Shown here one piece after another: positions 36,757 through 49,566 of a DNA stretch of 64,000 nucleotides. The position numbers and the translations under genes are program-made. Source of the stretch: Octopus bimaculoides (Eukaryota); contig NC_068987.1 in the NCBI RefSeq assembly GCF_001194135.2, positions 60,626,085-60,690,084 on the forward strand, given 5' to 3'. Every line of letters begins with the position of its first letter. The stretch's first letter is position 1. Below the pieces are notes generated by a model, which did not search any database, was not told where the DNA came from, and was given only the letters and a program-made list of their open reading frames with translations.

Positions 36757-37250
36757 AATGGGCCCTGATGCAGTACCAGGCAGTGGCTCTCATGGCTTCT
36801 GATCTTAACTGATTGGAAGTGTTATCATTTACATTGTTTTGTCTTGGTATAAAAAATGGGCTACAACAAATATTCTGCTTCATACCACAGATTTGCTTGT
36901 GGCTGATGATATGTGCATCTCTGATCACGAGCAGAAGTAGTAGGGTAGCATCATAGCCATGTGTTGTAGGGAAATCTTTGAGGTTTAAATAATTCACCCC
37001 TGGAAACATGGGCATTTTGTTCAACATCCTTATTCAGTGACCTTTTGAGCAGGATAAGCAACTGAAGCTGAAGGATATTGTAACTGAGCCTCACCTACAA
37101 GGTCATGCGCTGTTTATTTTGATACGAGATCACTATGTCGTGCACATATGGTTGTGATGCATGTACCTGGTGTACCCTTATCAGACGGGTAGTCATGATG
37201 GGTATAATGGGCTTCGTATATTTTACCCCAGTATCACTGCTCTCTCACTC
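36757..37250. mobile_element. Unclassified interspersed element, about 490 bp, between two SINE-A copies
   Basis: GC-richer block (gggccctgatgcagtaccaggc...) that I recall as a common octopus repeat. There is only one copy here and no ORF was identified. Confidence 0.4.
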
Positions 37251-37264
37251 ACTAATAATAATAA

Positions 37265-37862
37265 TATCAAACCTGGTGCTCAACTAATACTTATTTCATT
37301 GACCTTGAAAGGATGAAAGGCAAAGGTCAACTTTGGCAGGATCTGAACTCAGAACGTAAGGATGGATGAAATGCCGCTGAGCATTTTGCCTGGCATGCTA
37401 ACAATTTTGCCAGCTCACCTATAATAATAATCTTCTCTGTTTTCTACTCTAGGCACAAGGCCCAAAATTTTTGGGGAGGGGGCCAGTCAATTAGATTGAC
37501 CACAGTACGCCTGGTCTCAACTGGTGCTCAACTGGTACTTAATTCATTAACCCCGAAAGGATGAAAAGCAAAGTTGACCGTGGCAGAATTTAAGCTCAGA
37601 ACGTAAAGACAGACGAAATACTACTAAGCATTTTGCCTGGGGGCTAACATTTCTTATTTCTTTATTGCCCACAAGGGGCTAAACATAGAGGGGACAAACA
37701 AGGACAAAGTGATTAAGTCGATTGCATCGACCCAGTGCATAACTGGTACTTAATTTATCGACCCTGAAAGGATGAAAGGCAAAGTTGACCTCGGCGGAAT
37801 TTGAACTCAGAACGTAGCATTTTCCCGGCGTGCTAACATTTCTGCCAGCTTGCTGCCTTTCA
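37265..37862 (-). mobile_element. SINE-A array: delta, headless beta', then a truncated third copy
   Basis: Junction gggctaacatttcttatttctttattgccc, as at 14870. Confidence 0.85.
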
Positions 37863-38484
37863 CCAATAATAATGATAATAATTGGAGATGCAGACATGGC
37901 TGTGTGGTTTAGAAGTTCACTTCAAAATCGCATAGTTACAGGTTCAATCCCATAGTGTGGCAACTTGGAGTGTTTTGAACTATAAATCCAAGCCAATCAA
38001 AGCCTTGTGAGTGGATTTGGTAGACAGAAACTGAAAGAAGTCTTATGTGTGTATATATATATGTCTGTTTGGTTGTGTATGTTTGTGTGATTGAGTTTGG
38101 ATTTTCCTTGTGTTTACTCATTTATAATCGGTGGCTTCCTGTTAGTGTTCTTCGCTTGCAGTCCGACAATGAAAGTGTGTCTGGAATTCTTGACATGTCT
38201 GGACATGTTGCTCAGTTTTCATAAACAAATGGCTCATTCGTGTTTGGGTTGTTTGTTGTTTGACAGACTGGGAGATCATTCCCCCACCTCCTGAAAACAA
38301 GTAAGAGTTAGCAACTTGAAAGACATCCGACCATATAAAAGCTTTGCACCAACATACTCATCTGATCCATGCAAATTTGGAAAGTTAAATGTTAAAAAAA
38401 AAGATGAGTAAATGGATCAGTAATTTATGGGGTAAATCTAACTGCTTTACAGTATTTTATCCATTTGGATTTGTGTCTCTAGAT

Positions 38485-38832
38485 CAGTGGTTCTCAGTCG
38501 GGATCCATATGGCCCTTGAGGGTTCATATAAGATTTTGGAGGGCCTACTCAACAGAATAGTAAATTGGGGAGCCACAATAGTATTTTAAGAATGCCCAAA
38601 AAACTTTTGCTTGAGCTATGTCGGTATTTATTGCAAGAAACAGCTAGGTTTCTGTCTCAAATGTTTTCCATAGTTCAACCTACATAGCTTAATATGTGAA
38701 AAACAAAATAGGAATTTTGAAAGAAGTTTCTAGAAAAATTAGTTTTTAAACATTGAATGGCTATGTGGAGTCCACCAGAATAAAATAGTTATCAAATAGG
38801 TCCATAGATAAAATAACAGTTGAGAAGCCCTG
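38485..38832. mobile_element. hAT (Charlie-like) MITE, 348 bp
   Basis: TIRs CAGTGGTTCTCA and TGAGAAGCCCTG; perfect 8-bp TSD CTCTAGAT (38477-38484 and 38833-38840), fitting the NTCTAGAN target. Confidence 0.92.
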
Positions 38833-39212
38833 CTCTAGATACTGTGCTCAAAATTCACTGGGTCGTCTTTACCTTTTAATCCGCCTGGAGTGGTGGAGGG
38901 TGGGGGTAAATCAGTAAAAGAAGTATCAAGTTATACTTAATCAATTACAATTGACAAGGTCTGGTTTCATGTTGAAGTTAGGAAGCATTACCATAAGTTA
39001 TACTAGTAGTTCCAGGTTTCAAAGAATTTAATTTTCACATTCTTTAACTGCAAAGTGGATTTCTAACTCTTATTTTTCTTATTATTTGTGCAACTTGCTA
39101 ATTCAAGCTTTCACATGTAAATTCATCTCGTTTAGGTCGTTTATACATTTAGGTGGTTTATCTTTTAGCGTATTTGTTTCATTTTGTGCTTTGCATTCTA
39201 TGCAGCATCATC

Positions 39213-39244
<32 letters not shown>

Positions 39245-39779
39245 CACAAAAACATTCTACTTGATATTATTTCTAATGTCAGAAGCATTGCAACAAGATA
39301 AATCACCTAGCTAACATTTAAACATCATGTAACAAATTCTCATTTTTTTTTATTTATTTTATTTAAAAATTTATTTGTGGCTTGTAGGAAAATACTAATG
39401 CTTTTTGCATATGATATTTTCTTTGAATCAGCATTGATGCGCCATGATTTTAAAAAGAAAGACAGAGAGAAAAGGCAGCAAGGAAAAAAAAAAATTAGAG
39501 GAAAATTTTAAATTTAAGTTTAATATAATTTTGTAAAAGTATTTTAAATTTTAGTTTTGAATTAACGTTGTTACTTTACAAAATAGGAGGAGAGCGAGAG
39601 AAAGATATTTGTGTAATTATCTTTTAGTTCACTTTTATTTTCTGCTGTTCTGCTGGAAGTAATGGATAAGCCTATGGTTTTTCAATGTATATTGTGATTA
39701 ATGATTTCATATCAAAATAATGTTACGCAGTTACAGTCTGGCACATCATGCTGCTTTTACATATGGCTCTATATTCTGG

Positions 39780-40170
39780 GTTCTGCTTCCAAATTCTTTT
39801 CTTTTCTTTTTTATTTCTTAGTTTTTTTTTTTCAAACAGATTCTAAACTTGTTTCTTTTACTTTTGGTAATTTTCTGGATATTCTTTTCATTCTTTTATG
39901 ATATTCCATGGTTTCTATCTTTTTTTGCCTTCTGTATTTTTTTTTTTTTCCTTTTCTGTTTTCTGTTTCATTAACATCTTGCTTTTTTCCTTCCTCTTTT
40001 CTCCTTCTCACACTTTCCTTTCCTTGATTTCGTTTTTTCCTTCAACCTCCTTTTTTTTTTCTTCTCAGCTTCATTTCAAGTTTTTCCCTACCTCTAATTT
40101 CCCTCTTTTCTTCAACTTCTCTCCCTTTTCTCTCGTCCCTTTTTTTTCTCTCCCTGTTCTGTTCTTTATC
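39780..40170 (+). repeat. Polypyrimidine (T/C) low-complexity tract, about 390 bp
   Basis: Seen directly; gives the F/S/L-rich spurious ORFs. Confidence 0.85.
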
Positions 40171-41399
40171 CAATATTTAAGATACTGCATTGTATAACTG
40201 ACATCACCTTTGCAAAGGACTTTCAAACTAATCATTTAGAGCAATGTATCATCATCGTCATCATTTAACATCTGTTCTCCGTGCTGGCATGGGTTGAACA
40301 GTTTCACAAGAGTTGACCAGCTCAAAGATAGTTCAGACTCCATTTGTCTATTATAGCAGGGTTTCTACATCTGGATGCCCTTCCTAATGCCAACCACTTT
40401 ACAGAGTGTATTGAATGTCTTTATATGGCACTGGCATGGGCACTTTTATGTGGCACCAATGGCAAAAGATGTAATTGCCTTGTTTTTTATGGGTTTTTTT
40501 TTCCAAGCTTATTTTTTGAATGAAAATTTATTAGTTTTGAAAATATTTATTATCCACTGTTTTATGTACACATAAAACTTGGTGGAATTTTTGAGAGAGA
40601 GACATTTACTTTAATAAAAAGAATGTTGACATGCTACTACAGTAAGTAATTATTCAAGAATCTTTATTGTAATATCTCTAAGTCATTCAAAAGATACAGA
40701 TTTTAACATAAAAATATTGTTTTTTTTTTCTTCTAACAGATTTTAGCATGATCTTCTAAAGAAATGCTCAACATTCATATTGATTAATCTAGCTAAAAGA
40801 GTGATAACAAAATAGAGAAAATGAGAAAAATGGGTTAATTTGAGATGAGATATTGATATTAAATTACGTTTCAATTTTAGCATAAGGCTGGCAGTTTTAG
40901 AGGGAGTGAAACAGTTAATTATGTCAACACCTCTCCTCCCCTGCCCCCACTTCTTGACTAGAACTTAATTTTATTGAGCTGAAAAATATGAAAGGCAATG
41001 TTGACTTTGACAGGGTTTAAACTGAGAATATAAAACTGGAAGAAATAGTGCTAAGCATTTGGTTTGACACTAACGATTTTGCCAGCTTGCTGCCTTATTG
41101 GCATTAAATTATCAAAAATAAAATAGAATAAAAAACACTGTGATAGGCAAAAAAAAATACAGTGTAGCAAAATGGGCAGAGTGTAGTTTTCAAATCAGAA
41201 ATAAGGAACAACACTAGAATCCAAGTTTTCTTCAAAATTTCTTCTTTTGAGAGAGAGAGAGGTCTATCTAAAGTGTTAAGAATTACATTCTTCTTCTCCT
41301 CACATCACACAAACTTTTTCTACTTTGTAAACATCTGAAGTTCTTTGTAGTTGATTTACAGCTTGTGAAGCTCAGATGTGATCCACAATGGAGCATATG

Positions 41400-41402
<3 letters not shown>

Positions 41403-41475
<73 letters not shown>

Positions 41476-41478
41476 ACA
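41403..41478. repeat. (CA)n microsatellite, more than 30 units
   Basis: Seen directly. Confidence 0.95.
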
Positions 41479-41562
41479 GATATCTGAGAGTGCATCCAAA
41501 GAACGGCTATTCAGCTAACTGGCTGGCATGAAATTTACTCACAAACATACTGTATTTTCCAG

Positions 41563-41602
41563 TATACAAGTCAAATTTTTCAAACCAAACTTGACAGGCA
41601 AG
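41563..41602 (+). CDS. Candidate 40-nt internal exon
   Basis: Acceptor actgtattttccag and donor AAG|GTAGGT. Open as YTSQIFQTKLDRQ(G) or xIQVKFFKPNLTGK. Confidence 0.2.
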
Positions 41603-43239
41603 GTAGGTTGACTTATACATTAAGACAACTTTGGAGAAGTAAAAATTCCATGTGAAATGCTGCAGAATTTTGGAAAGATAGTGATAATTTTTGAATGCTT
41701 ACACTACATGTGTACACTTATATACCAGAAAATTAGGTACTCCAAACTCTGTTCTGCAGTCATGCCATCTCTCTTTACCTTTTAGACTGTCACTACAGTG
41801 ACCTCTGCTTTTCAGAATTGGTTGGTTTTATATCACATTCACTTGAGCTCTCTTGATGCACTCTTCTTTCCTCTTCCCCTGAAATTTGGGGGTGGGGGCT
41901 AGTTGATTACATTGACCCCAGTGCCTTAACTGGTATTTATTTCATTGGTCCCAAAAGGATGATTGGCAAATTCAACCTCAATGGGATTTAAACTCAGAGA
42001 GTAGATGTGAAGAAAATGCTGCTAAACATTTTACCCAGCATGCTACACATCTTCATATAATAATTAATAGCTGATATAAATGTGGGTTAGTTAATTTCTC
42101 TAGTCATGCTTCATATCATATATATACACACACACATACACACACAGAGAAAGAAGAGTAGGATGATTGGCAGGCAGCTAGTAAAGAAATGCTAAGAGTA
42201 AGAGAAAGGATAATAGACAGAGGAGGAGGAAGAAAGGGAGTATATAGTAGTAGTTACAGGATGAATTACTCAATAAAAAATTTTTGTTTAATTTTATTCT
42301 AAGGTAATAAATATTTTTCCTTTTGCAAATTAAAATTGATTCCATCATTTTGCATAATCACCAAGAAGTTTGATAAAATAATAATTATTATTGTATGCAT
42401 GTATGCCATAGTTTATGATATTACCCATGATGGCAGAAGTATACTTCCAAAGTTACTCATCGTATAACGAGTAATATTCTTGTATTCATAATAATAGTTA
42501 TGGTAAATATTGGGTTTCATGCCTATTGACTTTGATAGGCACAGTACCTCAGTATGGAGGAGACAAGAATTGATGCTTTCTCAAAGATATGAACTAGAAG
42601 TAGTGATGATGACGAGGGCAGCTTTCTTTTTCTTTTTTGTATGGACAACAGGATTTATAAGAAATGGGAAATGCAATTGTTTGTCATTCAGAAACTTTCT
42701 TAAGAACATCAGGGAATAATTACCATGATGTATGTTTACATAAATGCAAGACTACAAGTTTATAGCTGAGAGAACTGAGATTATGGTTTCTTCATGCAGA
42801 TGTATTTTTAAGTGAAATTGTTACGACAGAAAATATATATGAATTGCAGATTCTGTTTGCTTTGCGCATACCTCTTTTTTATGGCATTCATCATACAAAA
42901 TGTATTATTATTTTTATTTAGAGGTGATCATCGTTAGCTAAGATATAGTTTTAGCATATACTTCATCTTTCAAATTTAGGCACAGTGTCAGCAGTTTTGA
43001 AGAGAGATAGGCTGCAGTCAAATGACTGAAACAAGTAAAAGAATAAAAATATATACTGATACCGTTGAACCCAGCCCTAGACTTGTGCTTTATTTTTATG
43101 TTCTGAGTTCAAATCCTGCGAAGTTCAGCTTTGCTTTTCATCCCTTCGGGATCAAATAAAATAAAGTATCGGTTCTGTTCTAGTGTCAATGTTATTAACT
43201 AACACACCCTCACACACCAAAAGTGTATATATTTTTATT

Positions 43240-43425
43240 CTTTTACTTGTTTCAGTCATTTGACTGCAGCCATGCTGGAGTACCACCTTGAAGGGTTTTA
43301 GTTGAACAAATCGGCCCCAGGACATATTTTTTGTAAAGCCTAGTACTTATTCCATTGGTCTCTTGATGTAAGCACATCAATACCAGTTGTCAAGCGGTGA
43401 TGGGGAGACAAACATAGACACAAAG

Positions 43426-43473
<48 letters not shown>

Positions 43474-43625
43474 GATGGACTTCTTTCAGTTTCCGTCTAC
43501 TAAATCCATTCACACAGCTTTGGTTGGCTCGTGGTTATAGTAGAAGACACTTGTCCAAGGTGTCACACATTTGGACTGAACCCAGAAACATGTGGTTGGG
43601 AAGCAAGCTTCTTACTACACAGACA
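43240..43625 (-). mobile_element. Head-3 SINE with T1 tail and central (CA)n
   Basis: Reverse complement of the 27009 element. Confidence 0.85.
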
Positions 43626-44399
43626 CACTTTTAAATATATTCAAGCAATTTTAATCCTACCCCCTCCACCAAAAATAAAAATAAAGAACTAATGGTTGAT
43701 GCCATTTTATTTACTGCTTGTCCCTGGCATAAAATTACCTCTCCACTCTATCAAATCCACCCTCCACACACACACACATATAGTTTTTAAGGCCTCTACC
43801 CGCTTTTCTTTTCCTTTTCTTGTTTCTTTCTGCCTTGCAAGTTATTTGGCAATCCCACTAGAGCTCGTGGCATGTAAAAAAGACACCTAGTAAACTCTGT
43901 AAAATGGTTGGTGTTAGGACAGGCATCAAGCTGTAGATACCGTACTAAAACTGACAGTGGAGTTCTGTAGTTTACCAGATCCTTTCAAATCATCAAGAAC
44001 ATGCCAGCATGGGAAACAACTGTTAAATGATGATGATGATGGTCCATATGATAAAATATTGAAGTTAATATATATTCTCATCTTTTTACTTCTAAGAATA
44101 TGGTGCTTTTGTTTGGAGATTTTGAAAACTGTCCTTCATTTTAGACAAGGCATGTCAAATACATCTATATAATTTGATCTGTTTACCTTCACTTTATAGA
44201 GAGGCTGATTGCAATCATGAGGATCCTTAGAATCATGTGAAGCCAAATTATCTTGAAGCTGTCTTGGAATGAAAAATCCTGCTTCTTCATAAAACAGTTC
44301 TGCAATTTTAAACCTACTCAACTGTTTTATTTGACAGCTTTCTTTTTGTTTCTTCTATATATCAAAGAATCTTAAGTTCTTTGATTTCTCTCTAGGTGT

Positions 44400-44785
44400 A
44401 GGTATGGCTGTATTGTTAAGAAGCTTATTTTTGTAACCACATGGTTTCAGGTTCAGTCCCACTGGGTGGTACCTTGGGCAATTACCTCTTATTATAGCCC
44501 CAAGCTGACTGGTGCCATGTGAGTGAATTTGGTAGATGGAAACTGTGTTGAAGCCTGTTGAGTGTATGTTTGAGTGAGTGATTGTCTTTGTGTCCATCAT
44601 TGTCCCTCTGCTTGACAACCAATGTTGGTTTATTTACATCCCTGAAACTTAACAGCTCTGCAAAAGAAATTGGTAGAATAAGCACCAAACTTGAAATATG
44701 TACTGGGATCAATTTGTTAAGCTAAAACCCTATAAAGTGATGCCTAAGCATGGCTGCAGTCCAATGACTAAAACAACTAAAAAGT
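44400..44785 (+). mobile_element. Head-3 SINE with T1 tail
   Basis: Collinear with 27009-27435. Confidence 0.8.
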
Positions 44786-45964
44786 GAAAGATAAGAAGAT
44801 TAATGTGAACAGTTCTAAATTTGGATATTTTTTTATTGTACAGCCCCTCGATCAGACCTTTGTTCAAATACTTTCCAGTTGTGAACATCCCACCATTTTA
44901 AAGGTATCTGGGGCTACATTACTTGATGTATCCTACTCCCCCACCCAAACACACACACACTTCTTTTTTTTTTTTTTTTTTTTTTTTTTTGAGACACTAG
45001 TCCGATTCAGTTGTTATTTCTGGCAGGTCAGTTAATTCTGTAGAAGCCCCATCATCTCACATTTTATTTCATTCTCAAAGTGGTCTGTTCCTCTTATACA
45101 AATTCCATAACACTTTCTGTTCTGTACATTTTGATTCAAATTTGCATAATCTCAGAAAAACCTGACAATATTTTAGTTTTAATTCATTTATAGTGCTTAT
45201 GATGCCAACAAATTAAAATTTTATGTATTTTATCATCTAATTTATTTGCAATGGTAATCAATGTCTTTTTCTTTGTAATTAGCTTTTCTTTCTCACTGAT
45301 ATCACAGAAGAAAATACATTGTTGGTATCCGATTCTTAAAATAGTTCTTATGCTGGAATCAAAACAATCTTTTACTATATGTCACTATTAATTAGTTGTT
45401 TTGTATGGCCTAAGGTGAGCTCTAATGGAACTAATTTATGTATTTTGGACTAATGAATAAAGTAGTCTTGAAAATATTAATTAGTTTCTTAATTAGGCAG
45501 AGTTTTGTTTTTTGTCCCCCATTTGAAGCACAGGCATAACTTTGTAGTAAGATGTTCTCTTCTTAAGCACATGGTTCGTGGTTCAGTCACACTCAGTGGT
45601 ACATTGAACAAGTGTCTGACTCGATCAATTCTTCTGAATTGATTTGATAGTCAGAAAGTGAGAAAAGCAAATTGTATGTGTATGTGTGTGCATAGGCATC
45701 TATTTGTTTGTTTACATTTGCACCTTTCCAACTATTGAAAGCTACCAGCAGGAGTGAATGTTGTATTTTCTTCTGTCAAAAATCACCCACTGGCTCCACA
45801 CATTCAAAGATGTGAAATGGCAATATGAAATCCTTTATTTGAAAAACTGGTGAGGGTTAGGTGATACGAAGGGTACCTGGCTGTAAAAAAATGCCTCAAT
45901 AGTATATTTGTCTGGCATGGAGAAACACATAAAAACAAATGATAAAAATATTTTTCGTCTTACA

Positions 45965-46272
45965 TCTACCCTTAAACAGAAAGTTCAATATCTTTTTCAA
46001 AATCAATACAATGTTTACAACATTTTGGCAATATATTTACCTCCTTGTTTGGTTTATGGACATTCCAACTAAAAATATAAAAGTACAAATTGCTAATAAA
46101 GAAATATTAAAATAGCAAATTCAGTTGCTAAGTTACCTAGAGCTTGACAAAATGGAATTGTTCAATGCAGGCCACTACAAATACACTTTAATATCAGATG
46201 ATTGTCCAGTTCCAATATTTCATCCAACTCCATAAACATGTTTGTAATGATTATGAGATAATATTTCATGAC
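45965..46272 (-). repeat. Left arm of a ~300-bp diverged inverted pair
   Basis: The reverse complement aligns with 48778-49065 (e.g. attacaaacatgtttat, tttgtcaagctct.ggtaacttagc, ggaatgtccataaa.caaacaaggaggtaa). Confidence 0.85.
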
Positions 46273-46547
46273 TTATGAAGAAAGAGACTGGAATCTTATT
46301 CACACTGCAGAGTTAATAAATACTATTGCTATGTCTATTTGCTGACCTGTGGCAGAAATATAAATTATTTTACTTCGCTTCGAAAAAAGAAAAAAAAGAA
46401 AAAAATTTGCTTCTCATTTTGTTAACTTCTCTGTCATTCTGAAAGTTCAGTTACTATGGCATATTTGGCATTTGATTTATTTGAGACTAGTTGTAGGTAG
46501 AAAAATATATGGAGCTAATAAAGAGTTTTAATATTAAATAATATTCT

Positions 46548-46915
46548 AGGAGTGACTGTGTGGTAAGAAGTTTGATTCCCAACCACACGGCTTCGGGTTC
46601 AGTCCCATTGCACGGCATTTTGGGCAAGTGTCTTCTACTATACCCTTGAATCAACCAAAGCCTTGTGAGTAGATTTGGTAGACAGAAACTGAAAAAATCC
46701 CCTCACATATATCTCTGTGTGTCTTTGTGTCTGTGTTTGTCCCCCATCACTGCTTGACAACCAGCGTTTATGCATTTACATCCCTGTAACTTAACAGTTT
46801 GGCCAAAGAGACTGAGAGAATAAGTACTGAGGTCAATTCATCTGACTGAATTCTCTGTAGGTGATGCCCCAGCATGGCCACAATCTAATGACTGAAACAA
46901 GTAAATGATAAGAGA
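46548..46915 (+). mobile_element. Head-3 SINE with T1 tail
   Basis: Collinear with 27009-27435. Confidence 0.85.
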
Positions 46916-47632
46916 TACATATTTAATGCTGCTAAAAATGAAGAGAAACTTTTGTAAGGGGCATAATATACAAAGACATGGAAGGTATAGTAATGCTTGT
47001 CAACATGAATTGAGATATAAATTCAAATCTTTAGCACTCTATCTAAACTATATCAAAATATATTTCCAGGTTTTCCCATCACATTTTGGTAGTATGTACT
47101 AATGATGATAGTGATTTCAGTTTTAGGTAAATCTTTAGGATTTTGCCTAAATTATATCATATACACAAACACAAAAAAAAACAAAACGATATGTAGTTTT
47201 TCAGATTTTTTTTTTTTTTTTTTGACAATGGTAATTTCATTTTTTGATAAACTGGGACAAAATACAATGCCTATGGCATTTGGAGGACATCTCACCAGAT
47301 TGGTAAGACTGATGCAGGAAAAGTTTGGAGAAGGAAGGAAGAGGAAACCTAGTTCAAATGAAGCAAACTCTGCTAAAGCCACGTAAGGGCCAAATGGTGA
47401 TGTGTTAGAGCTACCACAGCAGCAGAAAATGAAAGGAGAGCCATGATTTTTTGTTGTGGCATCATTGTGGCTGTGTAGTTAGAAGTTTACTTCGTAACCA
47501 CATGGTTTCTTGTTCAGTCCCTCTCTGTGGTATCATGGTCAAGTGTGTCTTCTACTGTAGTCCCAAGCTGACCAAAGCCTTGTGAGTGGATTTGGTGGAT
47601 GGAAACAGAAAGTAGCCCATTATATATGTGTA

Positions 47633-47672
<40 letters not shown>

Positions 47673-47693
47673 GCACAAATAAAGGTTACAAAC

Positions 47694-47908
47694 CTCATTC
47701 AGGGATAGCAAAATCCTTTGAAAGTACTGGTTAGTTACATATACAAAGAATATTGAACATTACAGTTAATACTCAACTGCTAGGTAACTATATAGACCAT
47801 GGTTTATATATATTATTATATATAGTTGAGTATTAACTGTAATGTTCAATATTCTTCGTATATGTAACTAACCAGTACTTTCATAGGATTTTGCTATCCC
47901 TGAATGAG
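47694..47908. repeat. Near-perfect fold-back: 85-bp arms, 45-nt loop
   Basis: Arms 47694-47778 and 47824-47908 pair at 83/85. Mismatches are T47718/T47884 and A47745/C47857. Confidence 0.95.
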
Positions 47909-47929
47909 CATTTTAGTTTTTTTTTTCTA

Positions 47930-48375
47930 TGCCAGCAAGGGCTAGACATTTTGACTGGGACTGATAAGCCAGAGAGCTGTACCAGGCTCCTTTGTGATTT
48001 GGCTTGGTTTCTATGGCTAGATGCCCTTCCAAATGCCGACTCACTCCAAGAATGTAGTGAGTGTCTTTTGTGTGTCACCAGCATGGGTGCCTTCTACATG
48101 TCACCAGCACTGACCATGACCTATGATTTCACTTGGCTTGACGTGACTTCTCAAGCACAACAAATTGGCAAAGGTCTCAATCAATTGTCATCACCTACCT
48201 GTAACTCAGCTTCTGAAGATCATGCTTCATCACCTCATCCCATGACTTCCTGACTCTACCTCTTCCACAGGTTCCCTTACCAGAGTTTGGCACTTCTTTT
48301 TGTAACTGTCCTTGTCCATAGGCATCGCCTGACTATACCAATAGTCTTTTCTCTTGCAAACCACATCTGATGCCT
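47930..48375 (-). mobile_element. 5'-truncated RTE LINE 3' end
   Basis: 3'UTR as at 6568, plus a decayed ORF (WYSQAMPMDKDSYKKKCQTL). Confidence 0.85.
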
Positions 48376-48777
48376 CATACATATGCACGCACACACATAC
48401 ATATGTATGTGTGTCTGTTTGTGTCAGGGCCCCTGCACCGCTACTTGACTACAAATGCTGGTTTGTTTACATCCTTGTAACTTAGTGGTTCAGCAAAAGA
48501 GCCCAGTAGATTAAATACCAGGCTCTAAAAATTATGTACTAGGGTCGATTTGTTTAAGACCCTTCAAGCAGTACCATAACATGACCCACAGTCCAGTGAC
48601 TGGAACACGTAAAGGATAAAAAATAACCTAAAGATAAGAAGTAAAAATGTCATCCTGCTGGACTTGGAGTTTCTACTGCTTCATAGTTTGGAGGAACTAG
48701 GGTTTCTGTTATAAACTGTAGAAGGAATGTCTGTCTTAAGATAATAATGATAACAATCCGTGTTAAAGATATATAAT

Positions 48778-49065
48778 GACCATGAGAGATATATCTCATT
48801 GTTATTACAAACATGTTTATTGAGTTGAATGAAGTATTGGGACTTGACAGTGTAATGTAGTGTATAGAATAATTCCAATTTGTCAAGCTCTCGGTAACTT
48901 AGCGACTTAATCCACTATTCTAATATTTCTGTATAACCATATTAGCTGTTTGTACTTGTATGTTTTTTAGTAGGAATGTCCATAAAGCAAACAAGGAGGT
49001 AAGCATAATCTCCAAAATGCTGTAGACGTTTTTTTGACTTTGAAAAAGACACTGAATATTTTGTA
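48778..49065 (+). repeat. Right arm of the ~300-bp inverted pair
   Basis: See 45965-46272. Confidence 0.85.
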
Positions 49066-49281
49066 ATTAGCAAGAGAACTATCATGTAATGTCAAGACAG
49101 ACAAAAAAAACACACACACACACACACACACACTTGTCTAGCTCTGTTCAGTTTCTGTCTACAAAATCTACTCATAAATATTTGGTCAGTCAGGGGCTAA
49201 GCAGAAGACACTTCACTTAGGTCCTGCACAGTCAGACTGAACACCAAACCATGTGGAAACAAACTCCTCAGCACACAGCAC

Positions 49282-49322
<41 letters not shown>

Positions 49323-49384
49323 GCACAAGGTACTGATCTGTTTTTGGTGGGATCAACAAAGTACTCCATTCAGCTAGATGTAAA

Positions 49385-49566
49385 TATCATTTAATATAGA
49401 CAGGATTTAAATGTGAGCTGCTTTAAGTTTCATGCTCTGATAATACAATAGTCAGATAACCTTATATAGTGGCATATTGCTTGCTATACAAGTTTATTCG
49501 ACTTACATCATCAGAGCATGAAACTTATAGTAGATCACATTTAAATCATGTGTATATTAAATGATA
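49385..49566. repeat. Fold-back element, 57-bp arms (possible MITE)
   Basis: 49385-49441 pairs with 49510-49566 at 52/57. The inner region is also loosely self-complementary. TA at both ends. Confidence 0.9.
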
